The translations under genes and the position numbers were made by a program. A stretch of 64,000 bases of DNA, from IMG/VR virus record IMGVR_UViG_3300045988_111022; one strand, given 5' to 3'. Under the pieces are notes generated by a model, which saw only the letters and a program-made list of their open reading frames with translations, was not told the origin of the DNA and did no database searches. This stretch comes from a virus. Below are positions 15,825 to 25,653 of the stretch, in pieces; the stretch's first letter is position 1, and each line of letters opens with the position of its first letter.

Positions 15825-18006
15825 AGAATTGAAACTTTATGCGCCGGAACCGAAACGGCCAGAGCTGGATGCGGCACTGTGTATGTCAGTTGCCGAGGGG
15901 CAGGGCATGGGCCGCTACATCGAGGGAAAGGTGCTGACGGTGGCCGTCTGGGACAAAAAGGAAAAGCCGCTGGTCGTGTGGCGCTTTTTCGGGGATTACT
16001 GGACGGGGGAGCTTCGCGGGAACGAGAACCCGACTAAAGGCGAGCTTTCGCCGCGTCAAATTGAGGTCAAGCCCTGCCAGTGCTTGACATGGAGGACCGA
16101 AGTGCCGGCCACAAAAGGAGAATCGGAGCTCCTGCAGAACTATTTTAATGACTGCAGACCGGGATATCTGATTGGCATTGTAGAAGATGCACTGTCGGCT
16201 CATGCCAGGAAGAAGCGCGAAGAGCGCAACGCACGACAGGCGGCTGAGACCAAGAAGCTCTTTGAGAATCTGCCGGAGCCGCCGGAAGATCTCAGTAAAC
16301 AAGTTTTGAAAGTGTGCAGTGATGCGGGCTTTCTCTGGGTCACCAATGATAAACAGAACGTAATCGAACCCGGCGGCGTTGAGAAGAAAATCTCGATTCA
16401 GCGGGCAAGGTGCGATAGCTGCGGTGGTGAATATACGCTGTCGGAACTGCTCAAACACAAGAGCACAGCGACGTGCGAATGTTGCGGGGAGAAAATGCAG
16501 GTTCGCAATACCCGCTATTCGGTCAAAAGGTTATGGGCCGCAAGGACATTCCTTTGGAGCAAGCCGCAGGGGGATGGAGTCTGGATTCGCCGCTATCTGG
16601 TGTATTTCGATTTCAGAAATCATCGGGCAGAACCGGAATTTCACGGCCGTGGAATCTGGTGGACGGACGGAAAGACCATCAAGCAGTGGAAACGCGACTG
16701 GGGCGAAAAAGCTCAGTATATCATGTGCCAGCGCCCGAAGCTGTCCGCGATGCTGCTGGCCCCCTCTGGCCCGTATCAGCCGTACACGCTGGCATCCCAC
16801 ACTGACCAATTTGAGAGTGATGTTCGGAAAGTGTTGAAATCTGAATGGATGTACCAGTACGATAATCACCTCAATTTTCCGTGGGAAGTTCGGCAGTGGG
16901 AAATCGTGAATCGGTATCCGATGGCCGAAAGCCTTGTAAAAACGGGCTGGGCTGATGCGCTGTGCTCTCAGGTGTACGACGAATATGAACACAGCACCCG
17001 CATCAATCTTCGAGCAAAGACCTATTACGACGTGTTTGGCTTAAATCGTCAGGAGCTGGCTGTGGTCGCACAAAGCAAAAAGTCGTTCCGCGAGGTGGAT
17101 GATGCGTTGAAGTGGAAAGAAGCCGGCCTTGCAATCAATGACAAGAACATGAAGATGACGGCTAACATCCGAAATCTCTCAGGAATGGCCAAGACATTGC
17201 GGGAAAGCGGAATGACACGGAGCTTGAAATATCTACGCCAGCAGACAAGGCGAGTCACCGGAAGCTACAACGGTCAGATTGCTCTTCAAGTTGCATCGGT
17301 CTGGTTGGATTATATCGATATGGCCGGGCAGATGAAGATGAACTTGAATCTTGAAAAGGTTCGTTTTCCGCTGGATCTCAAGCGTCGCCACGATGATTTG
17401 GTTCTGGAGCGAAATAAGCAATGTCGAAAGGACGCCTTGAGAGGTGCCGCAAGCAGCATCAAAAAGGAAGCCAAGGAGCTGGAAAATCAGTTCCACATCG
17501 AGAACATCTACAAGAAAATCCGCAAAATCTACGAGTACGATGGAGCGGAATACATCATTCGGGTGCCGGATGGGGCAAAGGCCATTTTGGAAGAAAGCAG
17601 GTTTCTTGACCACTGCATCCAGCGCGGAACTAGGTACTTTGAGCGTATTGCCAAACGTGAGAGCTACATCTTCTTCATGCGGCGCAAGGCTGACCCGAAT
17701 ACCCCGTGGTATACCTTGGAGGTGGAGCCGGGCGGCACTGTCCGCCAAAAGCGCAGCTATAACAACGACCAGTACGCCGATTTGGAGGATGCGAAACCGT
17801 TTATTGCGGAATGGCAACAGGTCGTGCAGGGCCGCATGACAACGGCGGAAATTGATTTTGCACGGCAGTCCAAGGAAATCCGCGCACAGGAGTTTGCGGA
17901 ACTCAAGGAGAACGGAAACATTATCCGCACGGGTACGAATGCTGGCAAGCTGCTGGTTGACGAACTGATGCACGACTTGATGGAGGTGGAAAAGCGTGTC
18001 GGCTAA
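15811..18006 (+). CDS. PcfJ-like protein (731 aa)
   Basis: C-terminal LEESRFLDHCIQRGTRYFERIAKRESYIFFMRRKADPNTPWYTLEVEPGGTVRQKRSYNND matches the PcfJ-domain pattern. Internal CDSCGG...CECCG zinc ribbon. Confidence 0.6.
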   Translation: MKKAEELKLYAPEPKRPELDAALCMSVAEGQGMGRYIEGKVLTVAVWDKKEKPLVVWRFFGDYWTGELRGNENPTKGELSPRQIEVKPCQCLTWRTEVPATKGESELLQNYFNDCRPGYLIGIVEDALSAHARKKREERNARQAAETKKLFENLPEPPEDLSKQVLKVCSDAGFLWVTNDKQNVIEPGGVEKKISIQRARCDSCGGEYTLSELLKHKSTATCECCGEKMQVRNTRYSVKRLWAARTFLWSKPQGDGVWIRRYLVYFDFRNHRAEPEFHGRGIWWTDGKTIKQWKRDWGEKAQYIMCQRPKLSAMLLAPSGPYQPYTLASHTDQFESDVRKVLKSEWMYQYDNHLNFPWEVRQWEIVNRYPMAESLVKTGWADALCSQVYDEYEHSTRINLRAKTYYDVFGLNRQELAVVAQSKKSFREVDDALKWKEAGLAINDKNMKMTANIRNLSGMAKTLRESGMTRSLKYLRQQTRRVTGSYNGQIALQVASVWLDYIDMAGQMKMNLNLEKVRFPLDLKRRHDDLVLERNKQCRKDALRGAASSIKKEAKELENQFHIENIYKKIRKIYEYDGAEYIIRVPDGAKAILEESRFLDHCIQRGTRYFERIAKRESYIFFMRRKADPNTPWYTLEVEPGGTVRQKRSYNNDQYADLEDAKPFIAEWQQVVQGRMTTAEIDFARQSKEIRAQEFAELKENGNIIRTGTNAGKLLVDELMHDLMEVEKRVG

Positions 18007-18190
18007 AATTGAACTTTCTCTCGCGCCCGCCAAAGCAAAGGGCCTTTCGGAAGATGAACGTCTGGATTTGGGGCGGCTGCTCCTGAAAGCGGGATACCGA
18101 GTTGATATTGTACGCCGCCGCCCGAATACCAATCCGGGCACCCAGTACGAATATTTCATGGTTTTGGACAAAGGAGAGAATAATGCCTGA
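17996..18190 (+). CDS. Hypothetical protein (64 aa, GTG start)
   Basis: Overlaps the previous stop. No motif recognised. Confidence 0.5.
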   Translation: MSAKIELSLAPAKAKGLSEDERLDLGRLLLKAGYRVDIVRRRPNTNPGTQYEYFMVLDKGENNA

Positions 18191-18383
18191 CACCCGGAAG
18201 AATCACAACCCCAGCGGCGCGCCGGATCCTACACGGGTTCGGGCAGAGAGCAACATCCAGAGGGAAGAAGCTCGTGTGAGCGAGCTTGTTCACGTTCTGC
18301 GTTATGTGGCAGGTGCCGCCGGGTTTGAAATTGTGGAGCGAATTGTTCTCGTGGATAACCAGACGGGGAGGATTTATCGGTGA
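18183..18383 (+). CDS. Hypothetical protein (66 aa)
   Basis: ATG at 18183 after GGAGAG. Confidence 0.5.
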   Translation: MPDTRKNHNPSGAPDPTRVRAESNIQREEARVSELVHVLRYVAGAAGFEIVERIVLVDNQTGRIYR

Positions 18384-19366
18384 ACAGAACAAAGAATGAG
18401 TTGGCCGATTATGCTTGGAATCCGGTGACAGGGTGCCTGAAAGATTGTCGGTACTGCTATGCAAGGAAAAGCGCGATACGGTTTGCAAGCGATTGGCGCC
18501 GAAATTTGGCAGAGAGACCGAAAGTTCAGCAGGTGGGAGAAAAGCTCTTTGAGCTGGATACCCCGTGGGAAACGAAAAACAAGCACTTCCTGAACAGTCC
18601 AACGGGATTTCTGCCCACGATGCACAAATACCGTTTCGACTGGCCGCAAAAGGTCAAAGTTGGCTCAAGCATTATGGTATGCACAGACGGCGATTTATTC
18701 GGGCCGTGGGTTCCTGAAGAATGGATTCTTCAGGTGTTTGCGGCGGCTGATGAAGCACCCCAGCACCAGTACATTTTTCTGACGCAGTATCCGGAACGCT
18801 ATAAGCAGCTTGTGAATCACGAGAAGCTGCCCCAAAACAAGAATTTCTGGTACGGTTCGACAGCGACGGTCAGAGAAAGCAGCGTATGGGCGAACGAACA
18901 CTATAATACGTTCGTTGCGATAGAGCCGCTCCTTGGCCCGTTTGAGGGCGACGTGACAAAAGCGTTCCAGAAGTTGAAGTGGGTCATCATCGGCGCGGAA
19001 ACAGGCCGAAATGCAGGAAAGGTCATTCCTAAAGCGGAGTGGATTAAAGACATTCTTGCGTCAGCGGATGCAACCGACACACCTGTTTTCATGCGGAGCA
19101 GCATGGAAAGCGTGGTGGGCGCTGAGAATATGCGGCGCGAGAAACCACAGCCGCTTCTTCAGAGAGTTCCCAGCGACGTGCAGAAAGAGCGTCTGTGGGA
19201 GTATTGCACGGTCTGCGGCAAGTACAGACCGATGAAAGAAATGTACGCGCTGCTCTTGCGCAGAAAACGTGGAGATAGCCCGGAGCGGGTGGCTTATATG
19301 TGCCCGGAATGCTATGAGCAGTTCAGCAGAGACAATTTTGAGAAAGGAAAAGACGATGAAGTTTGA
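18380..19366 (+). CDS. Phage Gp37/Gp68 family (DUF5131) protein
   Basis: YAWNPVTGCLKDCRYCYA N-terminal signature. C-terminal CTVCG...CPEC zinc ribbon. Confidence 0.7.
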   Translation: MNRTKNELADYAWNPVTGCLKDCRYCYARKSAIRFASDWRRNLAERPKVQQVGEKLFELDTPWETKNKHFLNSPTGFLPTMHKYRFDWPQKVKVGSSIMVCTDGDLFGPWVPEEWILQVFAAADEAPQHQYIFLTQYPERYKQLVNHEKLPQNKNFWYGSTATVRESSVWANEHYNTFVAIEPLLGPFEGDVTKAFQKLKWVIIGAETGRNAGKVIPKAEWIKDILASADATDTPVFMRSSMESVVGAENMRREKPQPLLQRVPSDVQKERLWEYCTVCGKYRPMKEMYALLLRRKRGDSPERVAYMCPECYEQFSRDNFEKGKDDEV

Positions 19367-20441
19367 ACGAAGCGAAATTGGAGCGCTGTTCTCCAAGCTC
19401 CGAACAGCAGTGCCGGAAGTTCGCGCAGTGGGCAACGATAGCACGGGAATCCTGCTGAGTGGCCCGGATGCGTTCGCAACGAATTTGGAACTGAGCATTC
19501 GGGCAGAACTTTCCAGCCCGGTTCCGCAGGGCGTCGTTATTCCACCGCGTGGAGTGGATTTTATCAGCGGAGCAGTAGCCCCTGAAATCAACATCAACGT
19601 GACAAAGAGCGGGTTGGTCATAGAGTCCGGCACGGCGCGGGCACGGTTGAGCACGACGCCGGCAGAGAATTACCCCACATTTGATGGTCCGGGAAAGGAT
19701 GCGAAGCGCTGCGTGGTGAGAGCGAACGATTTGAGCTGGGCCATCTCAAAGGTTCTATACGCTGTGTCCAAGGAGGATCGGCATCCGGCGCACAAAGGGC
19801 TGTGCTTTTCCCACAACGGCGACGATACTTTGGAAATCTGCGCCCTGGATGGGTACAGAATGGCCATCAGCCGAATCGACTGCACCGCCGATGGCGATTT
19901 CAAGTTTGTGCTTCCGGCGGCAACGGCAAAGGCGATTGATACGCTGGGCCTTGATGGGAGCGTCAGTATTGAAAGAGACCGCAAAAAGGCCGTTTTCAGT
20001 GACAACAATTTTGAGGTAAAGTCTCGCCTGATCGCAGAACCGTTTCTGGATTATAGCAAAATTGCAGCCCAAAAGAGTGGGGGAACCAGAATCGTGCTTG
20101 ACAGAAAAGAATTGCTGGGCGTTCTGGGACGCGTCAAACTTGCTCGGTCTGCAGACGCAAAGGAAAAGAGCACCTTGGTGATGGATCTGGAACCCGGCGG
20201 CACAGGTAGAGCATCGATGCGTAGCACGATTGCGCAGATGAATGAGGAGTTTTCCTTCAACGGAAAGCTGGATGAGCGCCTGCGAATCGGCTTTAATCTG
20301 GAGTTCCTGAGCGAGGCATTGAAGTCGATGGAAGGAGACGAGGTCAGCGCATGGGTGGTCGGTCCTCTATCCCCCGTAAAGCTGATTGAGCCGCAGTATG
20401 AAGCGCTGGTGCTTCCTGTCAAGGTCAAGGAGGAAGCATGA
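19356..20441 (+). CDS. dnaN: DNA polymerase III beta sliding-clamp homologue (phage-encoded)
   Basis: ~360 aa. Clamp-like pattern: ...NLELSIRAEL..., ENYPTF, LDGYRMA, FLDYSKI, IGFNLEFLSEALKSM, SPVKL. Confidence 0.7.
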   Translation: MKFERSEIGALFSKLRTAVPEVRAVGNDSTGILLSGPDAFATNLELSIRAELSSPVPQGVVIPPRGVDFISGAVAPEININVTKSGLVIESGTARARLSTTPAENYPTFDGPGKDAKRCVVRANDLSWAISKVLYAVSKEDRHPAHKGLCFSHNGDDTLEICALDGYRMAISRIDCTADGDFKFVLPAATAKAIDTLGLDGSVSIERDRKKAVFSDNNFEVKSRLIAEPFLDYSKIAAQKSGGTRIVLDRKELLGVLGRVKLARSADAKEKSTLVMDLEPGGTGRASMRSTIAQMNEEFSFNGKLDERLRIGFNLEFLSEALKSMEGDEVSAWVVGPLSPVKLIEPQYEALVLPVKVKEEA

Positions 20442-20896
20442 TGCAGGGTAGAACTTTTCGTGGGCAGTCCCCAGATGGCACTTGGCATGAGGGATTCTTG
20501 ATTCGCTCCCCGGGTGTGAAGAACAGTCGCCCGGGTGAGGGCTGGTACATCAACTCCGAGCAAGAGCCGGCATACGCCCATCTCGTCAAGCCGTTTACGA
20601 TCGGCATGAACACGACTCTGACGGACGGAAACGGGGCACCTGTTTTTGAGGGGGACATTTTGAAAGACGATCGATGCGGCAAAGATGTGATTTTTGCCGT
20701 AAGATACGGCGAATACATCGACTACGGCGTAGGCCATATCGGATTCTACGCAGAATTTTCGGAGAACCGAAAGGAGTTTGTCGAGCATGGTCTTGCAAGC
20801 TTGGTTCTGACCGCAAAGGTGGTTGGAAATGTAGTGGACACGCCGGAGCTGATGGGCATGAGCACTGGAAAGGAGCAGCAACATGAAGTGGATTGA
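20438..20896 (+). CDS. YopX-family protein
   Basis: W.EG.L...TIGMNTTLTDGNGAPVFEGDILK...VVGNVVDTPELM. Confidence 0.7.
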   Translation: MMQGRTFRGQSPDGTWHEGFLIRSPGVKNSRPGEGWYINSEQEPAYAHLVKPFTIGMNTTLTDGNGAPVFEGDILKDDRCGKDVIFAVRYGEYIDYGVGHIGFYAEFSENRKEFVEHGLASLVLTAKVVGNVVDTPELMGMSTGKEQQHEVD

Positions 20897-21437
20897 GACG
20901 ATTACCCCGAAACAGGCGGTTGAAGAGCTGGGAGTACCTTATCACGGCTGGATGAGGGAGATGGATCGGGCATGGATCAGCGAAGACCAGAAGTACAGCG
21001 TGATGTCTCGTTTGCTCCGCACGGAATGGGGCAAGGTCGAACACGTCACGATTACGGCGGCAGAGGGCGTTGGCCGGAGTGACGGCAGCGGGGATATCCC
21101 GTGGGCCGTCAAGATGGAAATTAAAAACGACCTGTTCGGCGAGAAGCGAGTTGCCGTCGAGGTGTTCCCGACGCAGGACAGGTTGGTGGATGTCTGCGAC
21201 TGCTATCACCTCTGGGTGTTCGAGAAAGGATTCCAGCTTCCGTTCGGTATCCACCCGCGCGATAAGAAAACGGTGACGGTCAATCGCGGCAGTACCAGAG
21301 TCCGAGCCATTGACGGCGCAGGGCGTGAACGCAGCATCAAAGAGCTGCTGGAAGAGAATGGCGCGGCGGACGTTCCTAAACAGGCATATGCACAGGCTAT
21401 GGCCGGATATATGATGAAAAATCTTCTGGGAGGGTGA
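20883..21437 (+). CDS. Conserved phage protein (DUF7694-like, tentative)
   Basis: EWGKVEHVTIT...IPWAVKMEIKNDLFGEKRVAVEVFP...CYHLWV. Confidence 0.5.
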   Translation: MKWIETITPKQAVEELGVPYHGWMREMDRAWISEDQKYSVMSRLLRTEWGKVEHVTITAAEGVGRSDGSGDIPWAVKMEIKNDLFGEKRVAVEVFPTQDRLVDVCDCYHLWVFEKGFQLPFGIHPRDKKTVTVNRGSTRVRAIDGAGRERSIKELLEENGAADVPKQAYAQAMAGYMMKNLLGG

Positions 21438-21506
21438 TGCAAGTGGATGGCGATATAGACCGCCAGAGCGAAGCGCACCCGCCGAAACCAGAGAAGGGGC
21501 GAGACG

Positions 21507-21692
21507 ATGGCAAAGTATGAGATGCTTATCGCTGCATCCGGGAAACATGGCTCTGCACTCCTGCCGTATGTGCTGGTTGACGATAGAAGCGGTAAAAGCG
21601 CAGCGGCGCGGGCAAAAGCGATGGCCAAGGCTTGTTACCCGGAGTATGAGAAATTCGACGTGGCGAAGATGGAGGTGATTTCAGATGAATGA
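21507..21692 (+). CDS. Hypothetical protein (61 aa)
   Basis: Packed same-strand ORF. Confidence 0.5.
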   Translation: MAKYEMLIAASGKHGSALLPYVLVDDRSGKSAAARAKAMAKACYPEYEKFDVAKMEVISDE

Positions 21693-21936
21693 AAAGGGAT
21701 TGATGGAACAGTCGAACGCAGCGATTAAAGCGGCGCTAGAGCTGTACGCGGCTGACCATGGGAAGTTGAACGATGGTGACAGCTTTACGACAAAGCTCAA
21801 TAACTGTGTGCTCACCATTTCGCTGAAAGATGGGAGCTTGGACGTGCAGTTTGACCCGGACGCAGACGTCGCGGTGGACACCCCGTACACACTGGACATG
21901 AAGCTCGACATTTATAAGGAGGAAGACAATGGATGA
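21685..21936 (+). CDS. Hypothetical protein (83 aa)
   Basis: Overlaps the previous stop. Confidence 0.55.
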   Translation: MNEKGLMEQSNAAIKAALELYAADHGKLNDGDSFTTKLNNCVLTISLKDGSLDVQFDPDADVAVDTPYTLDMKLDIYKEEDNG

Positions 21937-22399
21937 GTACATCAACCGTGAGGACGTATTGAAATGCCTGGAGTATAACACGATTCAGAAGCCGAGTGCG
22001 AATGATGTTGTTTCTGCGACTCTCCGGGTAGCGCGGGAAAAGGTCGAGAAACTTCCTGTTGCACAGGAAGAAGCGCTCTTTTCTTTCTGGCGCGACCCCG
22101 ACAAGGATCCTCCGAAAGTTGAGACGGAAGTGCTGATTCTGTTTGAAACAGCCTGCGGCGGATATGGGATTACGACAGCGCACTATGAAGACGGGAGCGT
22201 TTTTTTACAAGATAGCGTATGGTATTGGGAAGACCTTCCCGATTGGGGGACATACGACGAGGAGCGGGACGACTACAAAATCCCGAAAGGCTGGTGGGAA
22301 TACCGCCACTTCAACCAGGATGACGTTTACAATAACCGTGTAGATTCTCCCGTGGTTGGGTGGATGCCTTTGCCGCCGAAGGAGGTAGTGAAAAAATGA
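21929..22399 (+). CDS. DUF551-like protein
   Basis: C-terminal ...VVGWMPLPPKE and the W..DPPK...VLILF pattern. Confidence 0.5.
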   Translation: MDEYINREDVLKCLEYNTIQKPSANDVVSATLRVAREKVEKLPVAQEEALFSFWRDPDKDPPKVETEVLILFETACGGYGITTAHYEDGSVFLQDSVWYWEDLPDWGTYDEERDDYKIPKGWWEYRHFNQDDVYNNRVDSPVVGWMPLPPKEVVKK

Positions 22400-22908
22400 G
22401 AACGCTTAACGCTGACCAGCTGAAAGCTGTGCTGAGCATGGAAAGTTCACTGGGACATATTCACACGCTGGCAGATGTCGAAAATACGATTGACTTTCTT
22501 GCCAAAGAAGAACAGGAAGTCACAAACGGTGTAGAAAAATTCAACATTTTCGATACCATGTGGTCAAGGAAAATTCAGGCGGCGTTTCCGCAGTCGTTCG
22601 TGAATATGCAAAATGAACTCATTTTCAGCCTGAGAACTGATTCCGGCTTCAGTCTGAAAGATGTGACCGACGAAACCCAGCTGAAAGCAAAAATTCTGGA
22701 GTGGCTTACGCGGACTGCAATTAAGGCAGTTTCGCCCAAGGAAAGAAAACTTCATTTTGAGGGCATCAACAAGCTGCTGGGTACGAATTTTACGTTAGAG
22801 GAAATGACGGACATCTATACATATCTCGGAAATGGAATCAATCACGACCTTTGCGTGAAGTTTGTGGAGAGCGGCTACGACATGACGATGATTCAAAAAG
22901 AAGGGTGA
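22396..22908 (+). CDS. Hypothetical protein (170 aa)
   Basis: ATGA overlap with the previous gene. No motif recognised. Confidence 0.6.
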   Translation: MRTLNADQLKAVLSMESSLGHIHTLADVENTIDFLAKEEQEVTNGVEKFNIFDTMWSRKIQAAFPQSFVNMQNELIFSLRTDSGFSLKDVTDETQLKAKILEWLTRTAIKAVSPKERKLHFEGINKLLGTNFTLEEMTDIYTYLGNGINHDLCVKFVESGYDMTMIQKEG

Positions 22909-22912
22909 GCAA

Positions 22913-23584
22913 ATGGATAAGCAAAAGATTAAGAGTGTTCCGAGGCTGACGACCGACAACCCGGTGGACAATTTTCAGACTGCCCTCAACTTTACTGACG
23001 TCAGCGAGGACGGCTGGGTATGGCTGCGGCAACCTGAAATGGCACTGACCGAGTATGCGCGGCAGCTCGTCAAGGGGCATGGCAGCAGCATCGATCTGGG
23101 CTGCAACGATATGGAGCTCTCCGAAAGTCTGACCGATCACCTCTTCGACGACCCGAAGCAGAGCATTGATGGACTGATCGCAGAGCACTACACGATTTTG
23201 TGGGCCTACGCGACCCTGCGGGAAAAGCTCAAATGGTACGAGGATGCAGGAATCCCGGTCATTCCTAATTACGGTCTGAGTACCATCCGGCGGGCGATCA
23301 ATCGGTACGGCACCGCCCCTCAGCTCCAGATGGCGATCAAGGAAATGTCAGAGCTCACGAAGGCAATCTGCAATCTCCAGCGGGCCGTAACCTTCAACTA
23401 CCGCAACGGTGCGAAGATCAAGGTCGCCCACGAGAGCGTCAGGGAAGAAATCGCGGATGTCTATGTTATGCTGGCACAGCTTGTGGAAATCATCGGAAAG
23501 CCGGAAGAAGTACAGCAGATTGTGCTCGAAAAGCTCGACCAGCTCAAAGGCTGTTTAGACGACGGGGAGGTACGCAGTGAGTAA
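22913..23584 (+). CDS. Protein with C-terminal MazG-like NTP-pyrophosphohydrolase-like helix bundle
   Basis: QLQMAIKEMSELTKAICNLQR...VREEIADVYVMLAQLVEIIG resembles the MazG EExxE/D core. Confidence 0.45.
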   Translation: MDKQKIKSVPRLTTDNPVDNFQTALNFTDVSEDGWVWLRQPEMALTEYARQLVKGHGSSIDLGCNDMELSESLTDHLFDDPKQSIDGLIAEHYTILWAYATLREKLKWYEDAGIPVIPNYGLSTIRRAINRYGTAPQLQMAIKEMSELTKAICNLQRAVTFNYRNGAKIKVAHESVREEIADVYVMLAQLVEIIGKPEEVQQIVLEKLDQLKGCLDDGEVRSE

Positions 23585-23888
23585 AGAAATCTTACTTATA
23601 CGCAATGATGATGGCGAATTCGAGCTGTACGATGACACCTACGATGTGGTCATTCATTGCAAAAATCGGCAGGGCATGAAAGAAACCTGCGAGATTCTGC
23701 GCAAGGTAGGCACCGACGAGAAAGCACCCAACGCTTTATTGATGGATCCTGTTGATATGGCGATTGCCATAAGGAACCATTGTAAATCACGCACAGGTGG
23801 GTGCGAGGGCTGCTGCTTTGACAGGCCGACCAGCGATAACGGGGATGGTGAATGCGTTTTGGGCTGTCCTGAAGATTGGGAGGTGTGA
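23577..23888 (+). CDS. Cys-rich hypothetical protein (GTG start)
   Basis: CKSRTGGCEGCCF...GECVLGCPEDW. Confidence 0.5.
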   Translation: MSKEILLIRNDDGEFELYDDTYDVVIHCKNRQGMKETCEILRKVGTDEKAPNALLMDPVDMAIAIRNHCKSRTGGCEGCCFDRPTSDNGDGECVLGCPEDWEV

Positions 23889-24165
23889 GACTGAGGAGCG
23901 TCTGAACGAGTATACAATTCAAAATCCACAGACGGTGAGTTGGGAGAACTTTGCAAAACTGCCGCCGAAAGCTGCTCTGAAGCTAGTATCAACTTTTGGG
24001 CGGCTGCTGGATACATGAAAGCCTACATTCAGAACCACCTCGATGACTCGGTATGGGAAAGCGTTGACACTCCAAGCCCACTGAGAGCCGATTTCAAAAT
24101 TCACTTTTTGGGTGGCCGATGCTTTATGTGTTCGGTAACTGGTGAGCAGTAGAAAGGTTTTAGCT

Positions 24166-24414
24166 ATGGCAAAAATCATCTGGATATGTCCTTTTTGTGG
24201 GGCGACTACGGAAGAGGTTCGCGAAACTGACCTTGTCCCGTTCCACAACCACCCCATCACCCTAAATAGGGAGTGTCAAAGGTGCATATACAGGCAGCAC
24301 TGGAATGACCTTTCCATGCTGGGGGTTCTTCCTTCTATTGGTAGCGGCGAAGAAGTTCGTAGCGCAGAGTATTATCACGATGTATGGGGGTTTGATTATT
24401 ATGGTCCAGGGTAA
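24166..24414 (+). CDS. Zinc-ribbon protein (82 aa)
   Basis: MAKIIWICPFCGATTEE...ECQRCIY. GAAAGG RBS. Confidence 0.55.
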   Translation: MAKIIWICPFCGATTEEVRETDLVPFHNHPITLNRECQRCIYRQHWNDLSMLGVLPSIGSGEEVRSAEYYHDVWGFDYYGPG

Positions 24415-24955
24415 AGCTGTTTTGCTGAGCGTCCGTCCAAACTGGTGCAAGCTGATTTGGGCCGGGATGAAAACGGTTGAAGTGCGCAAGACCTGCCCAA
24501 AGCTCGAAACGCCGTTTAAGGTGTACATTTACTGTTCCGGCAATAGCGGATGGCTAATGAGGTTACCAAAGGGCTTGCGGAAGATGGACAGAAAAGTAAT
24601 TGGTGAGTTTGTCTGCGATGAGGTTTACAAGGTCGATAGAGATAGCGTGGGGTTCAATTTTACAGCCCCAAGTCTGGATTTGCCGGTTTACACCATGCCA
24701 GAAAATAACGATGAGTACCGAAATGTCCAGCGAGAGGAACTTACTACTTGCCTGACCGACGAACAGCTCTCTAAATATCTTGGGATACACCCCGGCTGGG
24801 GATGGCACATTTCCAACTTGAAAATTTATGACCGACCACTCGGCCTGCGAGAACTCACTGGCTTGCAAGAGACACGGTTTGGTATGCGGCCTGTGGAAAT
24901 TACCAGCCCGCCCCAGAGCTGGCGCTATGTGGAGGATGCAGAATGTACGTCATGA
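24401..24955 (+). CDS. ASCH-domain protein
   Basis: AVLLSVRPNWCKLIWAGMKTVEVRKTCPK...FKVYIYCS...IGEFVCDEVY is a typical ASCH/PUA-like N-terminus. Confidence 0.65.
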   Translation: MVQGKAVLLSVRPNWCKLIWAGMKTVEVRKTCPKLETPFKVYIYCSGNSGWLMRLPKGLRKMDRKVIGEFVCDEVYKVDRDSVGFNFTAPSLDLPVYTMPENNDEYRNVQREELTTCLTDEQLSKYLGIHPGWGWHISNLKIYDRPLGLRELTGLQETRFGMRPVEITSPPQSWRYVEDAECTS

Positions 24956-25254
24956 ACAAAAAATGGGACTCCATCACGAACATTGCCCAGTGCACCAGCG
25001 TGTATGTGAGTCCCGAACACGAAATCAAAGCGGTTCCTACCGGTGGCGGCGCGGTATATCGTCTGGGTCAGTACGAAACGGCGGAAATTGCCCGCGCCGT
25101 TCTGAATGATTTGCATATTCACGTTGCGACTGGCTGCACCTACCAGATGCCGAACGACCAGAGGGCGCTGGTTCTGGCTCGCGGCATGAGTGATGAACGG
25201 CCTGAAAAGTTTGCCGGGAATGGCAAGAAGCCGGTGCGCAGGGGAGGATCCTGA
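24943..25254 (+). CDS. Hypothetical protein (103 aa)
   Basis: Overlaps the previous stop. Confidence 0.55.
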   Translation: MYVMNKKWDSITNIAQCTSVYVSPEHEIKAVPTGGGAVYRLGQYETAEIARAVLNDLHIHVATGCTYQMPNDQRALVLARGMSDERPEKFAGNGKKPVRRGGS

Positions 25255-25457
25255 TGGAGAAAACAGGTGCGGTTCTCCCGTGTCCTAAATGCGGAAGCAG
25301 ATTTCTGGCATGGGGAAAACCTTTTAGAAGTACGACGCCAAGGCTTATCGTATTGCTGGGGAGCCGTCGCAGAATTGTCTGCTGCATGATGTGTGGGTAC
25401 TATGCACCCGTAAAAGACTGGAACAGAGAGGAGCAAGCAAATGAAAGCACACGTTGA
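25254..25457 (+). CDS. Lar-family-like restriction-alleviation zinc ribbon (copy 1)
   Basis: LPCPKCGS...VCCMMCGYYAPVKDWNRE (CPxCG ... CxxCG ... WN.R). Confidence 0.5.
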   Translation: MEKTGAVLPCPKCGSRFLAWGKPFRSTTPRLIVLLGSRRRIVCCMMCGYYAPVKDWNREEQANESTR

Positions 25458-25647
25458 ACCTAAGAGCAAGGAATGCCCGTTCTGCGGCGCATCTACCTAT
25501 GAAGTTATGAGTGGTACGGGCGTGAAATGTATTCGGTGCACCAATAAGAGAACTTGCGGTGCAATCGTCAGTTTTAACAACAAGGGCTGTGATGAACGCG
25601 GTGTTTCGCCGGTGGTGTATTTCAATCGGCGGGCAGGAAAGGAGTGA
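25441..25647 (+). CDS. Lar-family-like restriction-alleviation zinc ribbon (copy 2)
   Basis: KECPFCGASTYEV...VKCIRCTNKRTCGAIVSF...YFNRR. Confidence 0.5.
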   Translation: MKAHVEPKSKECPFCGASTYEVMSGTGVKCIRCTNKRTCGAIVSFNNKGCDERGVSPVVYFNRRAGKE

Positions 25648-25653
25648 ATAAGG

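Noticed and set aside
23889-24165. Candidate small ORFs (23797-24018, 23940-24152, ATG 24015) in the gap between two zinc/Cys-rich genes
   Set aside because: The frames are mutually overlapping with weak or no RBS and non-ATG starts. I cannot support any single call. The region is left unannotated.
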